Shown here: positions 23,267-32,763 of the stretch, in pieces
How positions within the stretch are numbered: the first letter of the stretch is position 1
Layout: every line of letters starts with the position of its first letter
NCBI GenBank assembly: GCA_044229145.1
Contig: JBGATO010000032.1
Location: 1-40,828 of the forward strand
Source: Candidatus Eiseniibacteriota bacterium
GTDB lineage: Bacteria; Eisenbacteria; RBG-16-71-46; CAZEPH01
Length of the DNA: 40,828 bases
Reading direction: 5' to 3'
Made by a program: the position numbers and the translations under genes
Notes under the pieces: generated by a model
What the model was told of the DNA's origin: nothing
The model's input: the letters and a program-made list of their open reading frames with translations, nothing else
Databases searched by the model: none

Positions 23267-24238
23267 ATGTTTACACGTTCCCGCGTGCTCGCCAGTTGCC
23301 TTCTCGTCGCGGCCTTCGCGACCTCCGCAGCCGTCGCGGACCCGGCCCCCGACTTCCTGCTCACCTGGGGCAGCCTCGGGAGCGAACCGGGCATGTTCTT
23401 CAACCCCTTGGGCGTCGATGTCGACGCGTTCGGCACGGTCTACGTCGCCGACACCGAGAACGACCGCATCCAAGTGTTCACCAACGACGGCGCGTTCATT
23501 CGCGAGTTCGGACAGACGGCGTCGGGCGCGGCGCCGTTCATTCCGTTGTACCGCCCGGCGGACGTGACGCTCGACGCCGCGGGAAACGTCTACGTCGCCG
23601 ACACGGGTCACGACCGCATCCAGAAGTACACGAGCACCGGAGTGTGGGTGACCAGCTGGGGTGGTCACGGCAGTGGCAACGGTCAGTTCTCGTCACCCTT
23701 CGGTGTGGCGACCGACGCGGCGGGCAATGTGTACGTCGCCGACTTGGCCAACGCGCGCGTGCAAAAGTTCAGCAGCACCGGCACCTTCCTCGCCAAGTGG
23801 GGCACCCCAGGCTCGGGGCCCGGTCAGTTTCAGGGATTGCAGCAACTCGCCTTCGGACCGGACGGCCTGCTCTACGTCGCGGACACCGACAACAACCGCG
23901 TGCAGGTGTTCACGGACGCTGGCGCCTACGTCCGCTCATGGGGCGGCCTCACGCATCCGCAGGGCATCGCGGTGGACGCGGCAGGTGTCGTCTACGTGAT
24001 GAATACCGGCGCACATGAGGCGGTGAAGTGCACGAGCTTCGGCGGCCTGATCTCGGTGTGGGGCAGCCTGGGCACCGGCAACGGCCAGTTTTCCTATCCG
24101 CAGGGCATCGCGGTGGATGGCATCGGCAATGTCTTCGTCGCCGACCACTACAACAGCCGGATCCAGAAATTCGGCATCATCGCGACACCGGTGACGCCGA
24201 CCACGTGGGGTGCGATCAAGGGGCTCTACACCAAGTAG
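23267..24238 (+). CDS. Secreted NHL-repeat (6-bladed beta-propeller) protein with C-terminal TWGxIKxLY tail
   Basis: Signal peptide ending TSAAVA; six repeats of the form F..P.G.A.D..G.VYVAD..N.RIQ.F; ends TPVTPTTWGAIKGLYTK; AGGAG SD. Confidence 0.93.
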   Translation: MFTRSRVLASCLLVAAFATSAAVADPAPDFLLTWGSLGSEPGMFFNPLGVDVDAFGTVYVADTENDRIQVFTNDGAFIREFGQTASGAAPFIPLYRPADVTLDAAGNVYVADTGHDRIQKYTSTGVWVTSWGGHGSGNGQFSSPFGVATDAAGNVYVADLANARVQKFSSTGTFLAKWGTPGSGPGQFQGLQQLAFGPDGLLYVADTDNNRVQVFTDAGAYVRSWGGLTHPQGIAVDAAGVVYVMNTGAHEAVKCTSFGGLISVWGSLGTGNGQFSYPQGIAVDGIGNVFVADHYNSRIQKFGIIATPVTPTTWGAIKGLYTK

Positions 24239-24252
24239 CTGCGGGCGGACGT

Positions 24253-24290
24253 ACGAGCCGGGGCGATCGTCACGACCGCCCCGGCTTCGT
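24253..24290. terminator. Probable bidirectional intrinsic terminator between the convergent NHL and fadJ genes
   Basis: Stem AGCCGGGGCG (24256-24265) pairs with CGCCCCGGCT (24277-24286). Confidence 0.65.
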
Positions 24291-26455
24291 CATGCGCGGT
24301 CATAGAATCGCATGCCCTTTGCCGCCACCTCGCGCAGCGCCGGCGCCGGCAGGAAGCGCGGCCCCTTCGCTTGCGCCCACTTCTCGAGCGCGGCGACGAC
24401 GGTGGCCGCGCCGGCCGCGTCGACGTAGTGGAACGGCCCGCCGCGGAACGGTGGGAAGCCGAGCCCGAGCACCGCGCCGACATCGCCATCGCGTGCCGAC
24501 GCGATGATGCCTTCCCCGAGGCAATGCGCGGCCTCGTTCACCATGAGCAACGCAACGCGCTCGGCGATCTCGGCACGCGGCACAGGTTGCCGCGCGCGCC
24601 CTCCGCAATAGCCGTAGATGTCGCGATTGACGATCTTGGCACCACCCCGCGCCCGCGCATCGTAGAGGTAGAATCCGCGCCCCGACTTGCGTCCCAGCAT
24701 GCCGGCGTCGACGATGCGGAAGAGCGCATCGCCCGTCGCCATGCCGCGCGCGGCGAACGCGGCGCCGAGATCGCGGCCGACGTGCGCGCCGACGTCGAGT
24801 CCGACTTCGTCCGCCAGCGTCATCGGCCCCACCGGGAAGCCGAACGCGACGAGCGCCGCGTCGATGTCCTCGATGGCCGCGCCTTCCTCGAGCACGCGCA
24901 TCGCCTCGTTCATGTAGGGCATCAAGATGCGCGTGGTGTAGAAGCCGGGGCCGTCCTGCACGACGATGCAGGTCTTGCCCTGCCGCGTGCCGGCGGCATG
25001 AGCGGTCGCGGTGGCCCACGCGGCGGTGCGCGGCGTGACGATGATTTCGAGCAACGGCATCTTGTGGACGGGCGAGAAGTAGTGCATGCCGAGCACGCGC
25101 TCGGGGCGCCGCGCGTTCGCGGCCACGGCGCCGATCGGCAGCGCGCTGGTGTTCGACGCGAACACGGCGTCGTCGCGCAGCACGGCTTCGGTCTCCGCGA
25201 GCACCTGTTGCTTCAGCTCCAGCTTCTCGAACACGGCTTCGACGACGAGGTCGGCACGGCCGCAGTCGGCGTACTGCGTGGTGAGCGCGAGGCGCGCCCA
25301 TTGACGATCGCGTTCGAGCCGGGACAACGAACCGGAGCGCACGCGGGCGTCGAACGACTTGCGCAAACCCTTCGCGCCGCGCCCGAGCGCTTCGGGCGTG
25401 ACGTCCTTGAGCGCGACATCGGCGAACGGCAGCGTGACGCCGGCGATGCCTTCGCCCATGAAGCCGGCGCCGAGCACCGCGACGGATTCGACGGCGTGCG
25501 CCTCCGCATCGACCGGCGACTTCTTGAGATCGGTCATCGCGGTGAACAGCCACAACAGCGACTTGGCTTCCGGCGACACGACCAGCCGTCCAAACCCGCG
25601 CGACTCCGCTTCGCGTCCGGCGTCGAAGCCGCGCTCGAGCAACGCTTCGACGCAATCGAGAATCGCCAATGGTGCGGGATAGAGGCCGTGCGTCTTCGCC
25701 ATCACGCCGGCGCGTGCCTTGCGCAACACGAGACCGCGCGCCAGCGGCGACGCCATGACGCGATCCATCGTCGACAGCTCGCGGCGCAGCCGCAACTCGC
25801 CCGCCGCGTAGCGCAACGCTGCGGCGGCCGCGGTGTCGACGATGCCGCGCGGCGACGTCACGAAGTCCACGAGTCCGGCGCGCCGCGCCTGCTTCGCGCG
25901 CAGCTTCTTGCCGGTGAGCAGCATCGGCAACGCGCGCTGCAATCCGATGAGACGCGGCAGCCGCACGCACCCGCCACCGCCGGGCAACAACCCGAGCGTG
26001 ACCTCCGGCAAGCCGAGCTGCGTCTTCGGGGAATCGCTGGCTATCCGCACATGGCACGCGAGCGCCACTTCGAGGCCACCACCGAGCGCCGGTCCATGAA
26101 TCGCGGCGACGAACGGCTTTGGCGAGGACGCCAGCCGCTGCAACAACGCGTGACCGTCGCGCGAGATCTTCTCGGCTTCCGCCGCATCGGTAATGGCGAG
26201 GAACTCGTGGATGTTGGCGCCGGCGATGAACGAATCGCGCTTGGCGCTCGCCAGCACGCAGCCGCGAATCGCCGGATCATTGAGGACCGCGTCGAGACAC
26301 GAGGCGAAGTCGCCAAAGAACGAGCGCGACAGGATATTGACGGGCGAATCCGGTGTGTCGAACAGCATGACCGCGATGCCGTCGGCGCGGGTTTCGAGGC
26401 GCACGGCGGGCCGCGCGAGCGTCGGGGTCAGCGCGAGCGAATCTTGCGTCGCCAT
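24290..26455 (-). CDS. fadJ: Fatty acid oxidation complex alpha subunit (enoyl-CoA hydratase/3-hydroxyacyl-CoA dehydrogenase), FadJ-like
   Basis: FIAGANI, ALGGGLEVALAC, LGLPEVTLGLLPGGGG, VLGAGFMGEGIA, EAVFE, ASNTSALPI, GMHYFSPVHKMPLLE, GFPPFRGGPF. Confidence 0.92.
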   Translation of the reverse strand: MATQDSLALTPTLARPAVRLETRADGIAVMLFDTPDSPVNILSRSFFGDFASCLDAVLNDPAIRGCVLASAKRDSFIAGANIHEFLAITDAAEAEKISRDGHALLQRLASSPKPFVAAIHGPALGGGLEVALACHVRIASDSPKTQLGLPEVTLGLLPGGGGCVRLPRLIGLQRALPMLLTGKKLRAKQARRAGLVDFVTSPRGIVDTAAAAALRYAAGELRLRRELSTMDRVMASPLARGLVLRKARAGVMAKTHGLYPAPLAILDCVEALLERGFDAGREAESRGFGRLVVSPEAKSLLWLFTAMTDLKKSPVDAEAHAVESVAVLGAGFMGEGIAGVTLPFADVALKDVTPEALGRGAKGLRKSFDARVRSGSLSRLERDRQWARLALTTQYADCGRADLVVEAVFEKLELKQQVLAETEAVLRDDAVFASNTSALPIGAVAANARRPERVLGMHYFSPVHKMPLLEIIVTPRTAAWATATAHAAGTRQGKTCIVVQDGPGFYTTRILMPYMNEAMRVLEEGAAIEDIDAALVAFGFPVGPMTLADEVGLDVGAHVGRDLGAAFAARGMATGDALFRIVDAGMLGRKSGRGFYLYDARARGGAKIVNRDIYGYCGGRARQPVPRAEIAERVALLMVNEAAHCLGEGIIASARDGDVGAVLGLGFPPFRGGPFHYVDAAGAATVVAALEKWAQAKGPRFLPAPALREVAAKGMRFYDRA

Positions 26456-26457
26456 CG

Positions 26458-27786
26458 TCACACCCTTTCCAGCACGAGCGCGTGGCCGAGCGCGCCGGCG
26501 GCGCACGAGGTCACGACGGCGTAGCGGCCGCCTTCGCGATGCAAGCGCCGCGCGGCGGTGGTCACCAAGCGCGCGCCGGTCGCCCCGAAGGGATGGCCGA
26601 TCGACAGCGAGCCGCCCCACGCGTTGAGCCGCGCGGTGTCGATGCGTCCGAGCCGGCCTGCGAGTCCGGCGCGGTCGCGGCAGAAGCCGTCGTCGTCGAG
26701 CAGCTGCACCGCGGCGAGCACCGGCGCGGCGAACGCTTCGTGGATTTCCCACACGTCGATGTCGCTCAACGCGAGGCCGGCACCGGCGAGCGCCGGCGGC
26801 ACCGCAAGCGCGGGCCCGAGCAACAACTCCTCGATGGGATCGAGACCGATCATCGACGTGCTGACGACGCGCGCGAGCGGCGTGACGCCGCGCGCCTCGG
26901 CGGCGGCTTCCGACATCAAGAGCGTCGCCGCCGCGCCGTCGGTGAGGAACGACGAGTTGCCTGCCGTCACCGTGCCGAACGTGCGATCGAACACCGGCTT
27001 CAACGTGGAGAGTTTCTCGAGCGAGGTGTCGGCGCGCACACCGTTGTCGGCGCCGACCGGTGACCAGTCGGGCGGCGCAGCGACGGCCGCGATCTGATCC
27101 GCGAGCCAGCCGTCCGCCTGCGCCTTCGCGGCACGATGGTGCGACGCCATCGCCCACTCGTCCTGCGCGGCGCGCGTGAGGCCGAGCGCCTTGGCGAGAC
27201 GCTCCGCGTTGTCGCCCATCGTCAGGCCCGTGGAGAACTCGGCGATCGCCGGCGTCTCGGGCGCGAGGTCGGCAAGCTTCAAGCCACCCGCGAGCTTGAG
27301 GTAGTCCGCCGGGCCGCGCGCCTTCTGCGCCGACAACATGCGCTTGCGCACCGGACGCGACCAGCGGATCGGCACGTCGCTCAACGTCTCGGCGCCGCCG
27401 GCGATCACGATGTCGGCGGCACCCGCGGCGATCGCTTCCACCGCGCCGCTGATCGCCACGTTGGCGCTCGTGCACGCGGCGGTGACGGTGAACGCGGGAC
27501 ATGCCTGCGGCACGCCGCACGCGAGTCCGACTTCGCGCGCGAGATTCGACGTGCGCGGCTCGGCGATCACGGTGCCAAGCACCAGCCGGTCGATGTCGGC
27601 GGGACGCACACGCGCCTGGCGTCGCAACAATGCGGCGACCGCGGCCACCGCAAGATCGTAGGCGAGAAAGTCGGTGAAGCGCGTTTGCGAACGCAGGAAG
27701 GGCGTGCGCACGCCATCGACGACGACGGTGCGGCGGCCGGGCACCGCCGCGGTGGCGGACATGCCGGCAAGTCGGCGAGCGGACAT
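26458..27786 (-). CDS. fadI: Acetyl-CoA C-acyltransferase (3-ketoacyl-CoA thiolase), FadI-like
   Basis: DGVRTPF, TVTAACTS (catalytic Cys), TAGNSSFLTDGA, HEAFA, GGSLSIGHPFGATG, CAAG; AAGGAG SD. Confidence 0.92.
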   Translation of the reverse strand: MSARRLAGMSATAAVPGRRTVVVDGVRTPFLRSQTRFTDFLAYDLAVAAVAALLRRQARVRPADIDRLVLGTVIAEPRTSNLAREVGLACGVPQACPAFTVTAACTSANVAISGAVEAIAAGAADIVIAGGAETLSDVPIRWSRPVRKRMLSAQKARGPADYLKLAGGLKLADLAPETPAIAEFSTGLTMGDNAERLAKALGLTRAAQDEWAMASHHRAAKAQADGWLADQIAAVAAPPDWSPVGADNGVRADTSLEKLSTLKPVFDRTFGTVTAGNSSFLTDGAAATLLMSEAAAEARGVTPLARVVSTSMIGLDPIEELLLGPALAVPPALAGAGLALSDIDVWEIHEAFAAPVLAAVQLLDDDGFCRDRAGLAGRLGRIDTARLNAWGGSLSIGHPFGATGARLVTTAARRLHREGGRYAVVTSCAAGALGHALVLERV

Positions 27787-27851
27787 CAGGGTCTCCTTCC
27801 CTCGGGGCCGCGCCTCGAGCACGGCGCACCTCCGAGTGCGCCGCGACCATC

Positions 27852-28727
27852 CTACCGCGCGGGTCGCGCCCTGACTACGGTGCCGGAAGCGCGTCCCGCC
27901 GGCTGACACCGCGTGCACCAATAGGTCGACCGTCCGGCTTGGACGATGCGGCGGATGGCGCGGCCACACCGCACGCATGGTTCGCCTACGCGGCCGTAGA
28001 CGCGGAGCTGTTCGCCGTACTGGCCGTCCTCGCCCCAGACCGTGCGGTACATGCTGAACGTGGTGCCCATGCGGTCGATGGCCTCGCCGAGCACGGCGCG
28101 CGATTCCTCGGCGATGCGCGACCACGCCGCGGCGCCGAGCGTGCCGGCGAGTCGCCGCGGATCCACGCCAGCGCGGTGCAGGATCTCGCTCGCGTAGATG
28201 TTGCCGATGCCGGCGACGCGCGACTGATCGAGCAGGAACGCCTTCACCGGCGTCCGCGCGCCGCGTGCCGCGGCATGCAGCTGCGTCCCGTCGATCCCGC
28301 CTATCACCGGATCCGGGCCAAGCGCCGCGAGCGAGGGATCCTCGAACGCGTGCGCCGTCTCGACCACGCGGAAGATGCCGAAGCGCCGCGGATCCTGATA
28401 CCACGCCGCGCTGCCGTCGCCGAACGCGAGCCGCACATGCACGTGCGGCATCGAGCGCGGCGCGGGCGGTTCGGCGAAGTACAACCAGCGCCCGCTCATG
28501 CCGAGATGCGACAGCACGCTCACGCCGCCGTCGCAGTCGATCAGCAGATACTTGCCGTGACGGCGCAGCGTGTCGATGCGTCGCCCCGCGAGCCGCCGCG
28601 CCGCCGATGCCGGCACACGCTCGCCGCGCAACGCCGCGCCGGAGAGCTGCACGCGCTGGACCGTGCGTCCACGGATCGTCTCCGCGAGCGCACGCCGTAC
28701 GGTTTCGACTTCGGGAAGCTCCGGCAC
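27852..28727 (-). CDS. mutM: Formamidopyrimidine-DNA glycosylase/AP lyase
   Basis: N-terminal PELPEVE, RHGKYL, HLGMSG, DPRRFG, GIGNIYASE, zinc finger CVRC...CTRCQ. Confidence 0.96.
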   Translation of the reverse strand: MPELPEVETVRRALAETIRGRTVQRVQLSGAALRGERVPASAARRLAGRRIDTLRRHGKYLLIDCDGGVSVLSHLGMSGRWLYFAEPPAPRSMPHVHVRLAFGDGSAAWYQDPRRFGIFRVVETAHAFEDPSLAALGPDPVIGGIDGTQLHAAARGARTPVKAFLLDQSRVAGIGNIYASEILHRAGVDPRRLAGTLGAAAWSRIAEESRAVLGEAIDRMGTTFSMYRTVWGEDGQYGEQLRVYGRVGEPCVRCGRAIRRIVQAGRSTYWCTRCQPAGRASGTVVRARPAR

Positions 28728-28731
28728 CGCC

Positions 28732-29829
28732 TCAGACCGCTTCGTCGCCGAACATCGTCCCCACGGCGCGCGCAGCCTCGACCTGCGCGCCGGCCGGATC
28801 GACCAAGCGCAACGAGCCGACCGCATCGCGCAACGGGACGTCGACGACGTCCTGTCCGCGCACCGCGACCATGCGATCCTTCAGGCCTTTCGCCAGTGTG
28901 TCCACCGCGGCGACGCCGAAGCGCGTCGCCAGCCAGCGGTCGTATGAGGTCGGCGTGCCGCCGCGCTGCAAGTGCCCGAGCACGGTGACGCGCGATTCGA
29001 CCGCCGTGCGTTCCTCGATTTGGTTCGCGAGGAAGCGCCCGATGCCGCCGAGACGTATTGGGTCGTTCGCGTCCTTCACCGTTTTGTGCGCGACGAGCTG
29101 TCCCGACGCGTCGCGCGCGCCTTCGGCGACGACGAGGATCGAGAAGCGCTTGCCGCGATATTGCCGTCGCGACACCGCGTGGCACACCGAGTCGAGGCTG
29201 TACGGGATTTCCGGAATGATCACGATGTCGCCACCGCCCGCGATGCCGGCGCGCAACGCGATCCAGCCGGCGTAACGGCCCATCACCTCGAGCACCATGA
29301 CGCGGTGATGCGAATCCGCCGTCGAGTGCAAGCGGTCCACCGCATCGGTCGCCACCGCCGCCGCGCTGTCGAACCCGAACGTCACGTCGGTGGCGGCGAG
29401 GTCGTTGTCGATCGTCTTCGGCACACCGACGATCGGCACTCCGAGATCGAGGAAGCGCGAGGCGATCGCCTGCGAGCCGTCGCCGCCAATCACCACCAGC
29501 GCTTCAAGTCCATGCTGTTCGAGCGTCAGCATCGCGTCGCGCGAGCGGTCGATCGGCGTGGCGTCGCGCGCGCCTTCGCGGACGTATTGGAACGGATCGG
29601 CGCGATTCGACGTGCCGAGGATGGTGCCGCCGCGCGTCAACAAGCCGGAGACGTCGTCGGGCCCGAGCGGCCGCGTTTGGTTTTCGACCAAGCCCGCGAA
29701 GCCGTCGAGGATGCCGACCACGTCGATGTCGTAGCGTGAGCGCGCGGTGCGCACCACGGCGCGGATCACCGCGTTGAGGCCGGGGCAGTCGCCGCCGCCG
29801 GTGAGCACGCCGATGCGTCGGGGTTGCAT
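28732..29829 (-). CDS. pfkA: 6-phosphofructokinase (PfkA family, group III-like)
   Basis: GVLTGGGDCPGLN, GGTILGTS, IGGDGS, PKTIDND, EVMGRYAG, LGHLQRGG. Confidence 0.95.
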   Translation of the reverse strand: MQPRRIGVLTGGGDCPGLNAVIRAVVRTARSRYDIDVVGILDGFAGLVENQTRPLGPDDVSGLLTRGGTILGTSNRADPFQYVREGARDATPIDRSRDAMLTLEQHGLEALVVIGGDGSQAIASRFLDLGVPIVGVPKTIDNDLAATDVTFGFDSAAAVATDAVDRLHSTADSHHRVMVLEVMGRYAGWIALRAGIAGGGDIVIIPEIPYSLDSVCHAVSRRQYRGKRFSILVVAEGARDASGQLVAHKTVKDANDPIRLGGIGRFLANQIEERTAVESRVTVLGHLQRGGTPTSYDRWLATRFGVAAVDTLAKGLKDRMVAVRGQDVVDVPLRDAVGSLRLVDPAGAQVEAARAVGTMFGDEAV

Positions 29830-29857
29830 GATGGGGAGTTCCTCCCTGAAGGTGAAA

Positions 29858-30937
29858 TCAGACCACGTCGTCCGTGTGGCCGAGAGCGAGCGTGTCGCGG
29901 GTGATGCGCGGCGCATAGCCGAGGGCGGCGGCGGTGCGGCCATCGTGGCGCACCGTCTCGCCGTAGAGCCGGGCGAGCGGCAAGAGCGCGCGAATCCCGG
30001 CGTCAGCGATCGCCCACGCAGTCAACGCTGCTCCCGAAATGCCCGTCACCGCGATAGGGGTCGCGGCGAAGGCACGCGTGACCGCACAGGCGAACTCGTG
30101 TGCCGAGTCGACGCCTCCGCCTGAGGCGACGATCTCGTGCATCGACGTCTCCCAGTGTGCGGTGTCCGTCGCGTTGCCCCCGAGTAAACTCGAAATGTCG
30201 TCGCGAATTCGCGCACCTCGACAGCCCGCGGCGACGAGTGCGCGCGCCGCATCGTCGAGGTGAATCCACTCGCGCGGCACGTGTGCACCGAACGGAATCT
30301 GCACCGCGCGGCCGTCACGCGCCGCGTCCCACAGACGGCCCCACGGTTGCATTTCGCACTGCGGCCCGACGATATCCGGCAGGCGCACGATCGTGGAGGG
30401 CACGTTCCACATCTCGCGCGCCGACGCGAACAGGCGTTCGATGCGGAAGAGTTCGCGTGCCATGTGTCCGCGCGGCTCGAGCCGCGCGCCGGGACGAATC
30501 GTGCGTTCGCCGTCCGCGGGCATCCCCGCGGTCCACGGCAAGCCCGGATAGACGATGTGCGGGCGCGTGGCGCGCGCCGCGTCGAGCAGCACGATGCTGG
30601 CGTGGAAGTGGCCGAGCACGCGCGCCGGCACCGGCGGCTGGCAGTGGTAGACGACATCGACGCCCTCGAGGATCGATGCCACGGCAGCATGGTCGCGCAT
30701 CGAGGCGGCCACCACGCGGGTGGCGATCGGTCCGGCGGCGAGACGCGCCGTGAGATTCGCATCATGCGCGCTGCGCGCCGACACCCAGACGCGGATTTCG
30801 CTCGCCGCATCACCCTCGCGCAGCGCGCGCAGCACCGCGCGGCCGAGCGCGGAGTCGCCCCCCATGACAGCGACCCGCGGCATCGGCCGCGGGGCCATCG
30901 GTGGATCGAGCGCAATCGCGGGAATCGTCTCGTGCAT
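29858..30937 (-). CDS. NAD-dependent epimerase/dehydratase-like (extended/atypical SDR) protein, divergent
   Basis: VAVMGGDSALGRAV (degenerate Rossmann motif), GVDVVYHC, TIVRLPDIVGP, REWIHLDDAARA, LGYAP. Confidence 0.7.
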   Translation of the reverse strand: MHETIPAIALDPPMAPRPMPRVAVMGGDSALGRAVLRALREGDAASEIRVWVSARSAHDANLTARLAAGPIATRVVAASMRDHAAVASILEGVDVVYHCQPPVPARVLGHFHASIVLLDAARATRPHIVYPGLPWTAGMPADGERTIRPGARLEPRGHMARELFRIERLFASAREMWNVPSTIVRLPDIVGPQCEMQPWGRLWDAARDGRAVQIPFGAHVPREWIHLDDAARALVAAGCRGARIRDDISSLLGGNATDTAHWETSMHEIVASGGGVDSAHEFACAVTRAFAATPIAVTGISGAALTAWAIADAGIRALLPLARLYGETVRHDGRTAAALGYAPRITRDTLALGHTDDVV

Positions 30938-31078
30938 GGCGGTGGCGCAGTATACATGGTCGGCGGCGCCGCGCGGGGAGGCTGCCACCAAGGTCGCCGG
31001 CGTCCCCGCGCCGGTCTCGGCCGTGTCATCGGCATCCGCGGGGATTCACCCGACCGCTCCCGAAGTCCCACCCCTGCC

Positions 31079-31107
31079 TTGACCGCGCCGCCCCGCGTCC
31101 CTACCCT
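31079..31107 (+). promoter_or_regulatory. Candidate sigma70 promoter of the methyltransferase gene
   Basis: TTGACC-N17-TACCCT, 9 nt upstream of ATG 31117. Confidence 0.6.
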
Positions 31108-31116
31108 GCGCGGACC

Positions 31117-31962
31117 ATGCGCCTCGACACCCGACTCCTACTCGCCCTCAACGGCCTCGTCCCGCGCCCCAACCTGCCCGGCCGCGTCGATCCGCTCGAC
31201 TATTCCGCCTGGGAATACAAAGAGGCCGAGCGCCACGTGCGGATGATGCACGAGGCCGGACTCTCGCTCGACGTGCCGTTCGCGCTCGACCTCGGCTGCG
31301 GACTCGGCGGCAAGTCGGTGTACATCGCGGAGCGCGGGCCGCAGCGCATGGTCGGGCTCGACATCAAGCAGGCGCACGTCGACGGTGCCCGCGCCTTCGC
31401 GGCGCAGCGCCGCGCCGGCAACATTTCGTTCGTGCGCGGCGACGCCGGCCGCCTGCCGTTCCGAGATGGCTCCCTCAACCTCGTGGTGACCACGGATACC
31501 TTCGAGCACTTCCCGGACCCCGAGGCGGTGCTCGCCGACCTCGGCCGCGTGTTGGCGCCGGGCGGCACACTCGCGGCGCTGTTCGGACCGTGGAATTCGC
31601 CACTCGGTTCTCACCTCTACGAGAAGATCAACGTGCCGTGGTGCCACGTGTTCTGGCCGGACGCGGCCGTCGAGGAAACGGTGCGCCACATCGCAGCGCA
31701 GCGCGCCGCGTCGCTCGACGCGGACGGGGCCGCGCGCGAACGCGCCTTCGCCGAAGAGCAGATCCGCTATTACCACGAGGATTGCAACCGGATGTCGCTT
31801 GGACGCTTCCGCCAGGTGCTCGCTGCGGAACGACGGCTCCGGGTGCGCGTGTGGCAGAAACACACCCCCGACAAACTGCGGGCGCTGTCGCCGCTGCTGC
31901 CGCTGCCCGGGTTCGAGGAGTTGCTGACCGGCATTCTCGTGCTGGTCGCCGAACGCGTGTAG
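31117..31962 (+). CDS. Class I SAM-dependent methyltransferase
   Basis: LDLGCGLGG, VGLDI, GDAGRLPF, FEHFPDP...L.RVLAPGG, PWNSPLGSHL. Confidence 0.92.
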   Translation: MRLDTRLLLALNGLVPRPNLPGRVDPLDYSAWEYKEAERHVRMMHEAGLSLDVPFALDLGCGLGGKSVYIAERGPQRMVGLDIKQAHVDGARAFAAQRRAGNISFVRGDAGRLPFRDGSLNLVVTTDTFEHFPDPEAVLADLGRVLAPGGTLAALFGPWNSPLGSHLYEKINVPWCHVFWPDAAVEETVRHIAAQRAASLDADGAARERAFAEEQIRYYHEDCNRMSLGRFRQVLAAERRLRVRVWQKHTPDKLRALSPLLPLPGFEELLTGILVLVAERV

Positions 31963-32062
31963 TTGCCCGCGGCGCGGGACGTCGTGCTAGGATGCCCCGC
32001 CCTCTTCCCTGCGCCCTGCGCGGCGCTTGCCGCTTCTCCTTGTCATCCTTCCTGGAGGTTCG

Positions 32063-32695
32063 ATGCGCCGAATCGTCGTGCTCGGCGGCCTATGTGCCGC
32101 CGTCGTTGTCACCGTGGTCGGGATCTCTCGGACGCCCGTGAACGCAGCTGACGGTGGCGCGCCGCAGGCGCAAGGCCAGATGCAGCACGATGAACACCGT
32201 GGGCCGGGCGGACCGGGCGGCTCCGGCGCTCCCGGCGGCCCCGGCGGCGCGCGTGGCCCCGGCGGCCCCGGCTGGCCGAGCGCGCCGGTCGATTCGTTCG
32301 GCGCCGTGCGCGACAGCTTCGTCGACATCGTCGCCAAGCAGATCGCCGGCAAGGAGAACGAGCCCGCGGAAACCGTCTTCAAGGATATCCAGGCGTTCAA
32401 GGGAGTGCCGGCCGGCCGTGTGCTGCGGGCGATGGACAGCTTCGGCCATGCGCTCGGCGTCAACTGCACTTACTGCCACGATGCCAGCGACTGGTCGAAG
32501 AGCCTGCATGTCGAGAAGAACACCTGCCGCGACATGATGAAGATGACCAAGGCGATCAACGACGAGTGGCTCGCGAAGATGGCGGATATCAAGTCCGAGG
32601 AGCCGCACGTCGGGTGCATGACCTGTCACCGCGGAACACCGCGCCCGGGCGCGCGGCCCGCCGGCATGGGTGGTGGCATGAAGCAAGGCGGCTAG
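32063..32695 (+). CDS. Secreted diheme c-type cytochrome, reaction-centre cytochrome (PufC)-like family
   Basis: Signal peptide; PAETVFKDIQAF; M..F..ALGVNCTYCH; MMKMT..IN; VGCMTCHRG; GGAGG SD. Confidence 0.88.
   Translation: MRRIVVLGGLCAAVVVTVVGISRTPVNAADGGAPQAQGQMQHDEHRGPGGPGGSGAPGGPGGARGPGGPGWPSAPVDSFGAVRDSFVDIVAKQIAGKENEPAETVFKDIQAFKGVPAGRVLRAMDSFGHALGVNCTYCHDASDWSKSLHVEKNTCRDMMKMTKAINDEWLAKMADIKSEEPHVGCMTCHRGTPRPGARPAGMGGGMKQGG
32201..32272 (+). repeat. Low-complexity Gly-Gly-Pro coding repeat within the cytochrome gene
   Basis: Encodes GPGGPGGSGAPGGPGGARGPGGPG. Confidence 0.8.
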
Positions 32696-32718
32696 CCCGC
32701 CCCCCGCTCCACGCAACG

Positions 32719-32750
32719 AAGCCCGCGGCGCCGTGGCGTCGCGGGCTTTC
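32719..32750. terminator. Probable bidirectional intrinsic terminator
   Basis: AAGCCCGCGGCGCC-GT-GGCGTCGCGGGCTT hairpin between convergent genes, with short A/T flanks. Confidence 0.7.
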
Positions 32751-32763
32751 GCATGGCGAAAAT

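Noticed and set aside
23340..24175. Periodic DNA repeats (TACGTCGCCGAC and similar) resembling an array
   Set aside because: They are in-frame NHL protein repeats, not CRISPR or non-coding repeats. The same holds for the Asp-box repeats at about 39470-40170.
24290..27850. 1186-aa ORF suggesting a thiolase-FadJ fusion
   Set aside because: The first 465 aa are an Arg-rich alternative frame across fadI. The thiolase is in another frame with its own stop at 26458, and FadJ starts at 26455.
32063..32695. Evidence of phototrophy from the PufC-like cytochrome
   Set aside because: Only two hemes, and no puf, bch or crt genes in the window.
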